Source of the DNA: Basidiobolus meristosporus CBS 931.73
Lineage: Eukaryota; Fungi; Basidiobolomycota
Direction of reading: 5' to 3'
Assembly: GCA_002104905.1 (NCBI GenBank)
Contig: MCFE01000332.1
Span: forward strand, 28,983-92,982
Length of the DNA: 64,000 nt
Shown: positions 1 through 12,112 of the stretch, piece after piece
Layout: every line of letters begins with the position of its first letter
How positions within the stretch are numbered: position 1 is the stretch's first letter
Position numbers and translations under genes: made by a program
Notes under the pieces: model-generated
The model's database searches: none
What the model was told of the DNA's origin: nothing
Seen by the model: the letters and a program-made list of their open reading frames with translations, nothing else

Positions 1-726
1 CATTAGTTATCACAGATGTTATTCAGCTTTGTGATCTGTATATGTATCTACATTAGGCAAGTACCTGTGTCAGTACCCATGACACATGTCCTAAATCTGT
101 GCTACCATCCCTACCATTTAAATATCATATATGGTATCTCTGTGTTGCATACATTTCAGACTACTGATCCCTAGCTGGGTGGATGTGCTGTGTCTTTTAG
201 AACCTTCCAGGACATTCTTGGCATATTTTTAGCTCATATTGATGTCATCAAGAATTCCACTGATGCCTGGAATTTTCTAGAACCTTGTCATTAGTAATAA
301 CTTGGCAATCAGGAAAAGCATTCAAGGTAAGTCAATCAATCATCATTAAATCATCCCTTCTATCAGTAACACTTTACTTTTACTGATCAGCAGTTGATCA
401 CTGCACCTACCTTTAACAGTTACATCTCAGACTTGCCATCAAGGAGCTTTTCAGGGTAGTGCACAAGACACACAAAGGCCTTTGAAGACACTTAGAGCAT
501 ATTGGTAGCTAGAGAAGCAGGAGCTTTTACCATAGTGACATGTTAGACTTATTCCGTTGATAGTGCCACATAGTGCCAGCCGGTTTATAGTGCCGGATTG
601 ATCTGACACTCTACGGCACTATCTGGCACTATAATTTCTACCATTATGCCAGTGGTATGATACAGTTACTGGTAATTTTACTCAATCTTACTTATGTTGC
701 TCAGAATAGTGCTTTCCTTGCTTTAT

Positions 727-1611
727 TTACTCTTCATAATGCTCCAGACACATTTCTCTCAGTGGATGTCTTCTTGTATGAGCATACTGTGCATTGATAA
801 GTATCTTAACTATTTTACCTATTCTGCTGTTTTCTCCTATATATGACTTTCCTCTGTATTTACCTGCCAATATGCTGAATCTCTTCAGATATCCAAATGT
901 GTGCTCCACCCTTACTCTGAAATGATTAAATATCTCATTGTAGAGCTTCTGCTTCCTGCTAAGCACACCATTCCTTGGCTTCCTATAAGCTGTAATACAT
1001 CCTAATCTCTGACAATCCTCTCCTATATAGGCCAAGTCTGCCATACATTTCTCCCCTCTACTGAATTCAGGATGATTCTCTACCCAGAGTGCTTTGTCAT
1101 GCCTACTTCCAGCAAATGGCCCACTAAACCAGATGATGTTACCCTCAATGTCAGACAGTGCTGGAAACTTCACACAGTGTGCCTTGTACTTGCCAGAATA
1201 AAAGTGCCTCTGCCCTCTAGAAGGTCTGTTAATCCTCACTGGGAAGGTATCCAAAACACTCCTGATATGGAACCTGTTGCTGAACACTCTGGGATATGGA
1301 AGTCTATTGGAGCTTCCGAACCTAGTATTCCAAGCTTGCTCTAAGTCATTCATACCCTCTGCAAGGTGGTTCTCCATTGCTGTCAGCTGGGAATGAAAGC
1401 TTCTAGGACTTTTGTTGCCATGGATGGTGGGATGAAACCTTGTAGGGCAATAGTTCTTGTAATACCAGAGAAGCTTAACAAGGGATCTCCTTGAGTAGAT
1501 TGGGGTTGATGGTCCACAGTACTTGGAATAGATCTCCTCCAGTGTGTCAAAAGGAAATCCAGTGGTAGTGATGGGATTGATGAGAAAAGACCATTCAGAT
1601 GAGTAAGTCAT
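727..1611 (-). CDS. DDE_Tnp_4-family (Harbinger/IS5-like) transposase, 294 aa, intact
   Basis: Motifs LDTFPV (D), YSGKYKAHCVKF, GPFAGSRHD, MADLAY (D) and RVRVEHTFGYLKRF (E). Nearly identical to 62661-63545. Confidence 0.92.
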   Translation of the reverse strand: MTYSSEWSFLINPITTTGFPFDTLEEIYSKYCGPSTPIYSRRSLVKLLWYYKNYCPTRFHPTIHGNKSPRSFHSQLTAMENHLAEGMNDLEQAWNTRFGSSNRLPYPRVFSNRFHIRSVLDTFPVRINRPSRGQRHFYSGKYKAHCVKFPALSDIEGNIIWFSGPFAGSRHDKALWVENHPEFSRGEKCMADLAYIGEDCQRLGCITAYRKPRNGVLSRKQKLYNEIFNHFRVRVEHTFGYLKRFSILAGKYRGKSYIGENSRIGKIVKILINAQYAHTRRHPLREMCLEHYEE

Positions 1612-1970
1612 ATTAAAATTGATGGATGATCGTATGGAGGCGGTTTGAATTGATTCGGCGCGATCTGCGTTATTTATCTGATTTTTAACACATTATGGTT
1701 AAATCTCCATCAATTGCCATGTATCCCATCATTATGTCGCAAAAATCATCTGCAAACAATGCCTTGGTACTTTTATTGATGCTTTAATCATAGGTCTATA
1801 ATCAAATAGGAAATCTGCGATTGATGTGATCTGATCCGTGTCAACGCAATCCAAGATGCATCATGCATAATATATGGAAAATTCAACAATCACATTAGTT
1901 TTCATATATATTTCATATAAGACCAGGTTGATGCCAATATACTGCTGTATAAGTATCCAAATCCGTTGCT
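1612..1970. promoter_or_regulatory. Putative bidirectional promoter between the divergent transposase and ORF2 of H1
   Basis: ~360-bp AT-rich spacer between head-to-head ATGs (1611 minus, 1971 plus), conserved in H3 and H4. Function is inferred from geometry only. Confidence 0.5.
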
Positions 1971-2444
1971 ATGGTCCCCATACCAAGCCTCAACTCATCT
2001 TTAGTACAACCCAGACAAAACCCATCCCCCAGCTCACAAGCGCGGTCCGGACCGGAAAAGTCAATGTCAGATCCGTTTGAGTTCTCGCCAAATGATTTTA
2101 GTATGGCCCAAGTGTCTATGATGAGCCTTCATACAGATATTTGGGTACTACTGATTAATCTAGCAGAACTAGATACCTCAGAGAGTTGACAAAGATGGAA
2201 GAATTTGAGTAGAAAGCTGTGGCATGAGTTCTACATCAAGATGCCAGCTAATGTATGTAAAAAGATATATAACAAGACAAGTATTGAAATCAAGAATGAG
2301 CTGAGAGTGAGGGGATTTGACAAGGAAGCTGTGCGGGAACGATTTTGCGCGCAATTTGCACAGTACAGGCCGGACGCGTCCGTTTGTGCCTCAACTTTGG
2401 GAACCAAAGAGATTTTGAATGAGTTTTTGCCTCAAATGACTAAT

Positions 2445-3178
2445 AGACTTGTTCCGTTGGATAGTGCCACATTGAGCCATGTGTGCCAAATGATGCCATA
2501 GTGTGCCAGAGAGGTCAAGTGAGCCTATACTTGGCCACCAAGTGTGAAACATAGCTCTGCATCTTCATGTAAAGCAGCCCCTGTGTTTCACCCATTGCGC
2601 AGGAGAAAATCCATTTTTTGACCTTTTTTTGTGGATCAAAGTAGCTCAGGATGTGTAAGAGCACAGGAGAACTGAAGATATGCATCTGGTACTCAATACC
2701 CATGGCACTCTGAGTCTAGCTCCTGTAGCTTGTATCATGTCACAAAAATGAGCGGCACTATCTTGGTCCACTGGTACTATCTGGCACTATATTTAAATAT
2801 TAGCCCTAAAGTAAGATCTATACAAAGCACTTATAGTGCCAGATAGTACCAGTGGACCAAGATAGTGCCGTTCATTTTGTGACATGATACAAGCTACAGG
2901 AGCTAGACTCAGAGTGCCATGGGTATTGAGTACCAGATGCATATCTTCAATCTGCTTGTGCTCTAACACATCCTGCACAACATTGATCCAAAAAAAAAAG
3001 GTCAAAAAATGGATTTTCTCTAACACATTGGGTGAAACACAGGGGCTGCTTTGCATGAAGATGCAGAGCTATGTTTCACACTCTGTGGCCAGGTAGAGGC
3101 TCAATTGGCCTCTCTGGCACACTATGGTATCACTTGGCACTCATGGCTCAATGTGGCACTATCCAACGGAACAAGTCT
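2445..3178. mobile_element. 734-bp fold-back MITE M1 of the H family
   Basis: Ends AGACTTGTTCCGTTGG / CCAACGGAACAAGTCT. TSD AAT, with the empty site CAAATG(G/A)CTAATGTACT seen in H3 and H4. The 347-bp arms (2445-2791, 2832-3178) are inverted around a 40-bp loop. Confidence 0.93.
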
Positions 3179-3618
3179 AATGTACTACGTGATATATTAG
3201 TAGAGCTAAGTGGCTTCCAAGAACAATATACACAGGACTCATCCAGGCAACAGCTCCAAAGTATCAGACAGAGGGTAAGTGAATACCTTGAGGAATCAGA
3301 TGGTGAGCTTCAGGAGGAAGAATACAGACCGCAAGCAACATTGTCCAGATTGCGCCAGCACGCCTTGCTGGATTCCCTACCATCTCTTGCAACCACAGCA
3401 CGCCAGTGCACGTCAGTCCAGACCACGCCAACACCCTTTACCAGAACGCCCCACGTCAAGTCAATGCACGTCAGGTCAACGCGCGTGCTTCAGAGCAAAA
3501 CTACCAGAACTCGCCAAACTGCTCATTTAGACACAAGTCCATTGGAGCGGACCGAGTCACGTCAACATGCGGCATCACATCGAACTCAGCCAAGGGCCAT
3601 CTCAACGCGTCAAGGCGC

Positions 3619-4689
3619 TGTAGTGGGGTGACAGTGACACCCACTGACAGATGTGCTCATTCCCTTATTTTCTACTTCCCTATATCTCTACTACACTTAT
3701 TTTAGTTTTATCCCATTTGTCTTACCCAATCAGTACTATCCCATAAGCCGGTTGACTATCACACCTGCTTACCTTATTGCATAAGTTACCCCTCACTTTA
3801 TGTAAGATTACTAGCTATAAGTACTTCTATATTAGGCAAGTACCCGCGCCAGTACCCGTGACACATGATCAGCCTGCGTCACCATCCCTACCATTTCCAT
3901 ACCATATATGGTATCCCCATGTTACACAGGTTTCAGAATACTGATCCCTGATTGGTTGAATGTGCTGTGCCTCTTAGAACCTTCCGGCACCTACTTAGAA
4001 CATTCTTAGGTCATTCTGATGTCATTAAGATTTCTATTGATCTCTGGAACCTTCTGGAACACCATGATTAGTAATCACTTAGCCAGTGAGAAAAGTATAT
4101 AAGGGAGGCTATCCCTCAACAATAAATCATCATCCCTTTTATCAATATACCAACTTGTTGATTAGTGTGATCACTGCTACCTGCTGCTACCTGAACTTCC
4201 AACCCTAAACCACAGGACACTCCCAGGAAACCGCGCTGACAGCCAACTGACCTTAGAGGCACTACTTGTGAGGAATACTCAGAGTAGGTATCTTTTATTA
4301 TATTTGATTCTTTCCCAAGTTTGTTCTTGTACAGGCAAAGATACTTTTCTGTCTTTGTAACTATTGACCAAAGCTGCATTCTTATCAAGTCCCTGCTGGT
4401 GGAGTTTACAGTTGTTTTGACTTTGGAAGCTTTAGTACATTGTCATCTCAAAGGACGCTGAACCCAGCACATACTTTTGTTAAGACACCAACTAAGTTGG
4501 GGATTGTAGCTCAATAGTTTTCCCTTGACAAGCTTGTGGCTTTATTACCCTTCACATTAGATTAGAGACAGAACCCAAGTATCCCTAGCAAGCTTTTGCC
4601 AGAGGTTATTGCACCCAGTGAACACCCCACACACAAAACACTTGAGAAGTGTTGGACGTATCTCTCCCTTGGACTTATACACCACCACA
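3619..4689 (+). mobile_element. Solo LTR of gypsy family A (1071 bp)
   Basis: TGTAGTGGGG...ACCACCACA with 4-bp TSD GCGC (3615-3618, 4690-4693). The empty site CAAGGCGCGCCTGCG is present in H4. Homologous to the LTRs at 5891-6730 and 11396-12112. Confidence 0.9.
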
Positions 4690-6730
4690 GCGCGCCTGCG
4701 CGTGCCGTTTTGCCTGACCATCAGCAAGTTACTTCTGGTGAACTGACTGATGATGACCAACATGAAGTGACTCAACCACCGGAGCCCTTGGCAAGTAAAA
4801 GAACGCGTCAGCGCGTGGCACTACAGGCCAGTTCAGTTGGTTCAGTTGGTTCAGTTGGAGCGATTCAGCGCGGCCAAGCTGCAGCATAGCACTCATCAAC
4901 TAGGAGGCAAAATACTGACTACAAATACACAAGTAGCCAAGATGATAGTCAGCCAGGAAGTAGTATAGGTGTGCAAAGTGAGTCACTACCAAATGCTTCA
5001 GTAGTAATCCCTGTGAGAAAAAAACCCAGGAGAAGATGATGCGATTGCTTTGAATCGCTCACATTTGTAATGATCCCAACAACCCTTTTTTTTTGCAATC
5101 CGAATCAAGCCATTGCAAATCAGTGATCATCAAATTTTTGATATAAGTAATATCAAGGTTGTCTCACATTTGAGACAGAACCCCTATAAATAAACACCCT
5201 GCATATATATACGTCATCTGTAATACCAGTGCAGCTATTGGATCTGTTTTGCACCTACACGATCGCTTGCGTGCTAGCTATGACACCTTGCCCAATCACT
5301 AGGATCAGGGATTTACTTGCTCAATGGGCTAAATGGGATATTTGATGGCAAATCAGGTAGCTTTTTCAGTAGTCAATGAGCCAATTGGGGGCTGCCAGCT
5401 TCAGGATACTTTTGGACCAATTAACCACTGAGATACCGTCCAATTGGAGTGAGGGTAACCAAAATGGTAAGTATCAGTGTAGCTTATAGTGTGATACACA
5501 TTTATTTCCATTTACATTAAAGAAACATATCCAAATACCGGATTTTACCTGCCATTGTAGCGGTATCCGATCGCGCACGTGATGCAAGCATTACAAGTTG
5601 GCGCGATCATCCGCGCCAACCTCATCGTGTCAGATTGTGCCATAGTGTGCAAGATTGTCCCGCATAGTGCAAAATTGTCCAAGAACAATCCTGCCTTCTG
5701 GTAGCTATTATATTGCGCCCAATCGTTCTTTGCAACCGCAGATTGCGCCGCGCGCCCTGGCACGGTACGGTGGAACAAGTCTGTTGACAGAGACATCAGC
5801 AGTTTGGAAACAGAGGTTATTGCACCCATCAGACACCTGACACACCTTGAGTTGTGTAGCTTCTCCCAGGAATACCTCTACAACACCACAGCATCCCTTG
5901 AGATGACAATGTACTAAAGCTTTCAAAGTCAAAACAACTGTGAACTGCACCAGAAGGGACTTGATAAGAATGCAGCTGCGGTCAATAGTCACAAAGACAG
6001 AATAGTATCTTTGCCTGAATCAGAACAAATGTGGGAAAGAATCAAATATAATAAAAGATACCTACTCTGAGTATTCCTCACAAGTAGTGCCTCCAAGGTC
6101 AGTTGGCTATCAGCATGGTTTCCTGGGAGTGTCCTGTGGTCTGGGATTGAAAGTTCAAGTAGCAGCAGGTAGCAGTGATCACACTAATCAACGAGTTGAT
6201 ATATTGATAAAAGGGATGATGATTTATTGTTGAGGGCTTGCCTCCCTTATATACTTTTCTCACTGGTTAACTGATTACTATTCATGTTGTTCCAGAAGAT
6301 TCCAGATATCAATAGAAATATTAATGACATCAGAATGAGCTAAGAGTACTCTAACTAGGTGCTGGAAGGTTCTAAGAGGCACAAAACATCCAACCAATCA
6401 GGAATCAATAATCTGAAACCTGTGTAACATAGGGATACCATATATGGTATAGAAATGGTAGGGATGGTGACATGGTTTGACCATGTGCTACAGGTACTGG
6501 CACAGGTATTTGCCGAATATAGAAGCACTTACAGCTAGTGATCTTACATAAAGTGAGGGATAACTTATGCAATAAGGTAAGCAGGTGTGATATTCAGCCA
6601 GCTTATGGGATATTACTGACCAAGTATGACAAATGGGATAAAACTAAAATAAGTGTAGTAGAGAAATAAGGAAGTAGAAAATATGGGAATGAGTACATCT
6701 GTCAGTGAGTGTTACTGTGAGCCTGCTGCA

Positions 6731-6744
6731 TCCACCCCCCTCTC
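6731..6744 (-). other. Polypurine tract of gypsy A
   Basis: Minus strand GAGAGGGGGGTGGA immediately precedes the TG start of the 3' LTR. Confidence 0.8.
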
Positions 6745-6769
6745 AGCTATGAGCTTGGGTCAAAGCAAA

Positions 6770-9700
6770 CTAATCCAGATGTGCAAAGTTCCTATGCTTG
6801 AATAACTTAAGTTGGTTCCCTGCCACTGGTGCTCTCAATTGGGTGTTGTCAAGCTCAGATATGTAATAACTTCTGTTTCCAATCACTTTGGAAATGAGGT
6901 AGGGGCCAGTCCATTTGTTGTCAAACTTCCAACTCCATTGTTTGTCCAGGGTGGAATCATAGAGTAATACTGGGTCTCCTAGTGATGGTGGCCTTGGTCT
7001 TGTTAAGTGTGACTTGTCAAATGGCACTTTGTTCTTCAGCCATGTATCCTTAAGTTGTTCAGCAGCTCTGTTGATATTTGGGTCATGGTGATCAAGTTGC
7101 TGTATACCAGTAGCTAAGATGTCTTCAGCCTGCATATTAGATTTCCAATCCAAGGAGTTCCAAGTAACTATGTCTAACTCAACTGATAGTATGCAGTCAT
7201 GTCCAAAGAGTAGCTCAAGTGGAGATAATCCAGTTGTTGTCTGGGTAGTAATTCTATCTGCCCTGTGTGCAAGATGTAATTGCTTTGGCCACAGTGTTGT
7301 ATTATTCTCACAGGTCTTGGCAAGAGAGCTTACTAGTGGTCCATGTCCTCTCTCTACAGTTTGATTGGCTTGAGGATGGTAGGCTGTAGTAAAAGCAATG
7401 TGTATCTTGTACTCTGAGCACAACTCCTGGATTGTTACAGATGTCATCTCTCTTCTGTCAGCAACAAACTGTTGGATGCAGCCAAATCTGCAGATAATGT
7501 CTTCAAGTATAAATCTCCATATTGTATGGCTCTTGTTGTTGAGCAAGGCTTGAGCTTATGCCCATCCACTAAGGTCATCTCTAGAAACTATCAGGTACTT
7601 CTTTGATCCAGCTGTTGGCATGTGGACAAGGTCAATACCAACATTTTGCCATAGACAGATTGTGTAAGTAGGATGCAGTGGTTCTTCATAATGCTTAGAG
7701 GATCTCTTCTGGCAGGCTATACATGACTCAACAGAGTGTTGGATATCATAGTACATGTTTTAACAGTAGTACCTCTGAGCTGTGGTATTGTAGGTGGCTT
7801 CTTGTTCTCTATGTCCTCCTGGTTCTCCTTGGTGGATACATGTAATGATGTTCAGTTGCTCTTGTGGGGTAGTGACTACTCTTCCTGGCATAAGTCCAGG
7901 CTTCACACTGTAAAGGGAAGATCATCTTTGAGACAGTAGTGGGGTGCCTTCTTTTTGAGCTTTCTAAACTCATGAATTTCCATCCAACTAGGTTTCTTGA
8001 GTGTCCTAGATATACTTTGATCAGGCTCCAAGTGGTTCTCTCTTAGTCTTTGATGGCAATCTGTTGGATCTCTGCATCAATCATATCATCAAAGTAAGGG
8101 TCCAAGTCTTCAAATAATTGTGGTCCCTTCCTGGAGAGTGCATCAGCCACAACATTTGTCCTGCCATGGATATGTCTGACCTCAGAGTCAAACATTTTTA
8201 GCCATGCCATCCATTTGTTTGTGGCATTATCAGGTAGGTCAGGCTGATTGAATATTCCTATAAGTGGCTTGGCATCTGTCTCCAGGATGAAATGCGTTAT
8301 GTAGAGTTGTGACTTCTGCTTCCTCAGCATCTTCACAGCTCCTAGTAGCTCTCTCTTAATCTGCAAATATCTTCATTCTCTAGGAGAGAATAGACAGCTC
8401 TCATATCTGCAGGCATGGTGGTTGCATCTTCATCATCTTGACCAAGTAGTGCTCCAGCTCCTATGGGGCTTGCATCAACTGTCAAAATAGGTGGGCATTC
8501 AGTGTTCTGATAGTCAGGAGGTCTTAGAACTGGTGGAGATACTATGGCCTCTTTTAGTAATTACATGGCTTCTTCTTGTTCTTGTCCCCATATAAATGGG
8601 GTATTCTTTCTCTGTAGGCGGTAGATTGGTTCTGCTATCTCAGAAAATGTTGGGATCCAGATACTAAAGAACCCACAAGCTGCCACAAAGCCACAAGCTT
8701 GTGTTAGACCTGTGGGGGTAGGCCAGTTGCATATTTTTGTGTCTTGGAGTCTCCAGGTGATTGACCAAAGGTGTTGCATTTTTGTCCAACAATGGATATC
8801 TCTGATATACCAAAGATGCTTTTCTCAGCACTGATGGTGAGTCCAGCATCTTTGGTGGCTCCTAATATAGCATCATTGTTGGAAATATGGTCCTAGACAA
8901 ACTTTCTTACTCAGGTACAACTTCAGTGGTGTCCTGGAATTTTGGACCTTTGATGCCTATGTCATCAACAAAGACAGCAAGTTTCCCTGGTATAAACTGG
9001 TACAGCACATTCACCATGCATCTCTGGAACTAAGCCACAGAGTTTGTAGCCCCTTGGCTGAGTCTTGTCATCCTTAACACTCCAAATGGTGTCTGGAGTG
9101 CAAACATATCTTTTGATGTCTCATCTAGGGGGATCTGGTCATATGTTGAGTAGATGGAGTGACCACTAAAGCTCTCTGCAAAGTCATCAGCAGATGGAGG
9201 TATTGCAGCATCTCCAATAGTGACAGCATTTGCAGGTTGCAAGTTTTGTTTGAATTGGAGCTTTCCATTCTCTTTTGGTCACAAACCATCTGTTGGCATA
9301 AGGTCCATGGCAAGGCTCTAGGACACCAGCATCAATCTTCTTCTTAAGTAGATCATGCACATTAACATGGAGTCCTCTGTGCAGTTGGTAAGGCTTATAA
9401 GACCAAGGTGTGTATGGCTCTGTTTAAATCTTGGCAGGATTTTCAACCAATGTCTTTAAGAGCACCATCTCCTTGTCATTATATGAGTAAACCTTATCAT
9501 GCCTTTTCAGGGTTTCTTCAAATAATAAAATTTCCTCTGGTGTTAGGTTTCCATCACCAGTGATAAGTTGCATAAGTCTCTTGAGTGTAAGTTGCATATT
9601 TCTGGTGGTCTGATGTAATCAGCAGGTTGAGATCCATAAGTCAAAGGTGTAAGTGATGGTCTAACCTTCTGTTCAACCGTCTTGTATTTTGTTCAAACTA

Positions 9701-11254
9701 TGGCTGTCTGCTCCTGTATACCTAATGAGCAGCTCCAAATGTTGGGGTGTATATTGTCATGCTTCTCATCATCTATAAAAAGATGCATCTTCTGGCAAGC
9801 AGTATATATACTCGTATTGTGGGGTGTTACACCACAGGACATTGACTGTAGCCCTGGGTTTGATCCTTGTAAAGTATATCACACTGACCCATCAGAGTAA
9901 CTGATAGTTGTAGCCTTAGTACTGGTCTCCCATGGTCTGCCTAGCTGAAGGTCAAAGTTTGCCTTCTGGCAGATAAAGAGGGGAAGCCAGACCTTGATTC
10001 CTTGTACTTCAATAGGAAACTTGTGCATTACACCATAGAGTGGACTAGATCCTGAGTTCGCATCAGTCATGTTTCATCCAATATCTATATCAACAGGGAG
10101 TAGCTCCTTACTTCTAAGTGTCTTCCAGAAGTCTAGCAGCATAACACCAATCTCTGAGCCACTGTCAATATCACAGTCAACAGGGTCATCATACTTATAT
10201 CCTTACACCACAGCGGTTGCAACTGAGTAAAAGGTCTTATATTCAGTAGTGTTGTCATCCTTTTGGAGGACTTCATGGCTTGTCTGAACTCTATGGGTGT
10301 CCATTTGTTCAACAGCTTGTTGTCTTTGTCTAAGCTGCTCATTGAAAGTCTTCCTAACAGATGGGGATATACTCATGATTTCTTTAACCAACAAAGTAAG
10401 GTTCTGCTTCAGCAGCTTCTCAACAATCAGCTGAGGGTTTGAGTAGCTTGCTATCTTTGAGGTCATCTGAACATGAGGCAACAAATCTTGAGTGGGCAGT
10501 ATACCAGGCCTTTTGTCAATGATAACTTCAGGCTCTTCAAATTGTGGTCTTTTAATGATGGGTTTGGTAGCAAAGGCATTGACTTTGTATTGTCTTTTGT
10601 CAAGGCTGCTTGGACTCACTGTATGAGCTCCAATATAGGCTTCAGCAGTAATCTTTCTGGTTGCTGAGTTAGATTGTCTGGAAAAGAGCTCTCATCCTTC
10701 CCTTTCCCAAATTGGTGGGGATCCTTCTACCTTCCCTGTCAGCAAGCATTCCATTGGCATCAAACTGTAAAGCTCCTTCTCTAAGTAGCTGACAAAGCTC
10801 TGAGCATTCTCATCTGGCATGCTGAGTAGAGTCATGCCAGATGCAGTATCTGGGCAAAGGTCTTTGGCTCTCAGTACCTCCTTTGGCTGAGCCACTAATT
10901 TTGAAGGCTAGCTTTGGTAGCTGTTCATCAAGTTGGTCAATTCTGTTGGTAGTGTATGTCTGATGCAGTCCTTCCAAAGTGTCTGAGGGCTTCTATTCCA
11001 TAGTATATCTGAGGTCTACCATACTTGGTCTGTATGTAGGTCTTGATTAAGGTCCAGTCAGTGAGAATGTCTCCTTGTCTGAAAAGCTTAGTGGTAATAT
11101 TATTGGTGCAGTAGTAGGGTAAGTCTTCATCCATTTCTTGTTCAGATAGGCTGCACATCTTGCAGAGCAGTTCCCATTTGAATATGAAGCTTTCCACATT
11201 CTTTGCATCAAACTGTGGGGCTCCATGTGACAGTGGTAATGGCATAGAGTTCAT
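6770..11254 (-). pseudogene. Gypsy A gag-pol, multiply disrupted
   Basis: Integrase 6770-7756 (GIDLVHMP, TAYHPQAN). RNase H 8043-8500 (ETDAKPLIG, NVVADALSR). RT about 8560-9350 (AVFVDD, RLSQGATNS). Protease IDSGSEI at about 10150. Gag fragments 10203-11254. Confidence 0.85.
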
Positions 11255-11374
11255 TTTGGGTAGGTAAGTTGTTATACAATCTTGATAATATAGGTAGTCT
11301 CATTGCAATAAGTGGATAATTGCTCAAATCTTCTGGTAAATCTTGTTGGGTCCAAGGGAGCTTTTATGAACCCC

Positions 11375-11391
11375 CCCCACATTGGGTGCCA
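11375..11391 (-). other. Primer-binding site, tRNA-Lys(1,2)-type, CpG-decayed
   Basis: Minus strand TGGCACCCAATGTGGGG lies 4 nt after the LTR end. It matches the known Lys1,2 PBS TGGCGCCCAACGTGGGG except at two CpG transitions. Confidence 0.75.
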
Positions 11392-12112
11392 AATATGTGG
11401 TGGTGTATAGGTCCAAAGCAGAGATACATCCCACACTTCTCAAGTGTTTGGTGTGTGGGGTGTACACCAGGTGCAATAACCTCTGGCAAAAGCTTGCTAG
11501 GAATACTTGGATTCTGACTAAAATCTAATGTTATGGGGAATTAAGCCACAAGCTTGTCAAGGGAAAACTATTGAGCTACAATCCCCAGCTTAGTTGGCAT
11601 CTTAACAAAAGTATGTGCTGGGTTCAGATTCCTTTGAGATGACAATGTACAAAAGCTTCCAAAGTCAAAACAACAGCAAACTCCACCAGCAGGGACTTAA
11701 TAAGAATGCAGCTGTGATCAGTAGTTACAAGGACAGGAAAGTATCTTTGCCTGTACAAGAACAACCTTTGGAAAGAATCAAATATAATAAAAGATACCTA
11801 CTCTGAGTATTCCTCACCAGTAGTGCCTCCAAGGTCAGTTAGCTGTCAGCATTGTTTCCTGGGAGTGTCCTGTGGTCTGGGATTGGAAGTTCAGGTAGCA
11901 GCAGGTGGCAGTTATCACACTTATCAACAAGTTGATATATTGATAAAAAGGATGATATTTTATTGTTAAGAGCTTACCTCCCTTGTATATTTTTCTCACT
12001 GGATAAGTGGTTACTAATCATGGTGTTCCAGAAGGTTCCAGAGATCAATTGAAATCTCAATGACATCAGAATCAGCTAAGAGTACTTTAAGTAGGTGCTG
12101 GACGGTTCTAAG

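Larger units (their letters stand above)
1971..5039 (+). pseudogene. H1 ORF2 (orphan accessory protein, 418 codons reconstructed), disrupted
   Basis: Fragments 1971-2189, 2205-2444, 3182-3618 and 4694-5039 join in one frame once M1 and the solo LTR are removed. Stops are TGA at 2187 and TAG at 4887. The ORF ends RKKPRRR as in H3 and H4. Confidence 0.85.
545..5782 (-). mobile_element. DNA transposon H1 (PHIS/Harbinger-like, two ORFs), carrying nested MITE M1 and a solo LTR
   Basis: Termini are AGACTTATTCCGTTG (545) and GGAACAAGTCT (5782), with TSD GTT at 542-544 and 5783-5785. Net length after removing the two insertions is 3426 bp, versus 3420 and 3402 for H3 and H4. Strand given is that of the transposase. 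Confidence 0.93.
1..5890 (+). mobile_element. Gypsy family-A-related LTR (subfamily A'), 5' part outside window, split by transposon H1 (LTR sequence 1-544 and 5786-5890)
   Basis: 1-544 aligns by eye to the solo LTR at 3619-4689. The sequence resumes after H1 and ends CAACACCACA at 5890. The uninterrupted junction is seen in the paralog at 52760-52870 (reverse). Confidence 0.75.
5891..12112 (-). mobile_element. Ty3/gypsy retrotransposon family A, degenerate, both LTRs truncated
   Basis: 3' LTR 5891-6730, PPT 6731-6744, internal region 6731-11395, PBS 11375-11391, 5' LTR 11396 to about 12112. Domain order is gag, PR, RT, RH, INT. Confidence 0.88.

Noticed and set aside
560-660. Short spaced repeats (TAGTGCCA) as a CRISPR-like array
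   Set aside because: The units are 6-8 bp, switch orientation and have no unique spacers. They are transposon subterminal motifs in a eukaryotic context with no cas genes.
1072-1344. 90-aa ORF repeated antisense to every H transposase
   Set aside because: It is a shadow frame. Its recurrence reflects copy identity, and its length varies in H3.
3071-3631. 186-aa ORF as an independent gene
   Set aside because: It is a chimera: the N-terminus is MITE arm, the middle is H1 ORF2 and the last residues are LTR.
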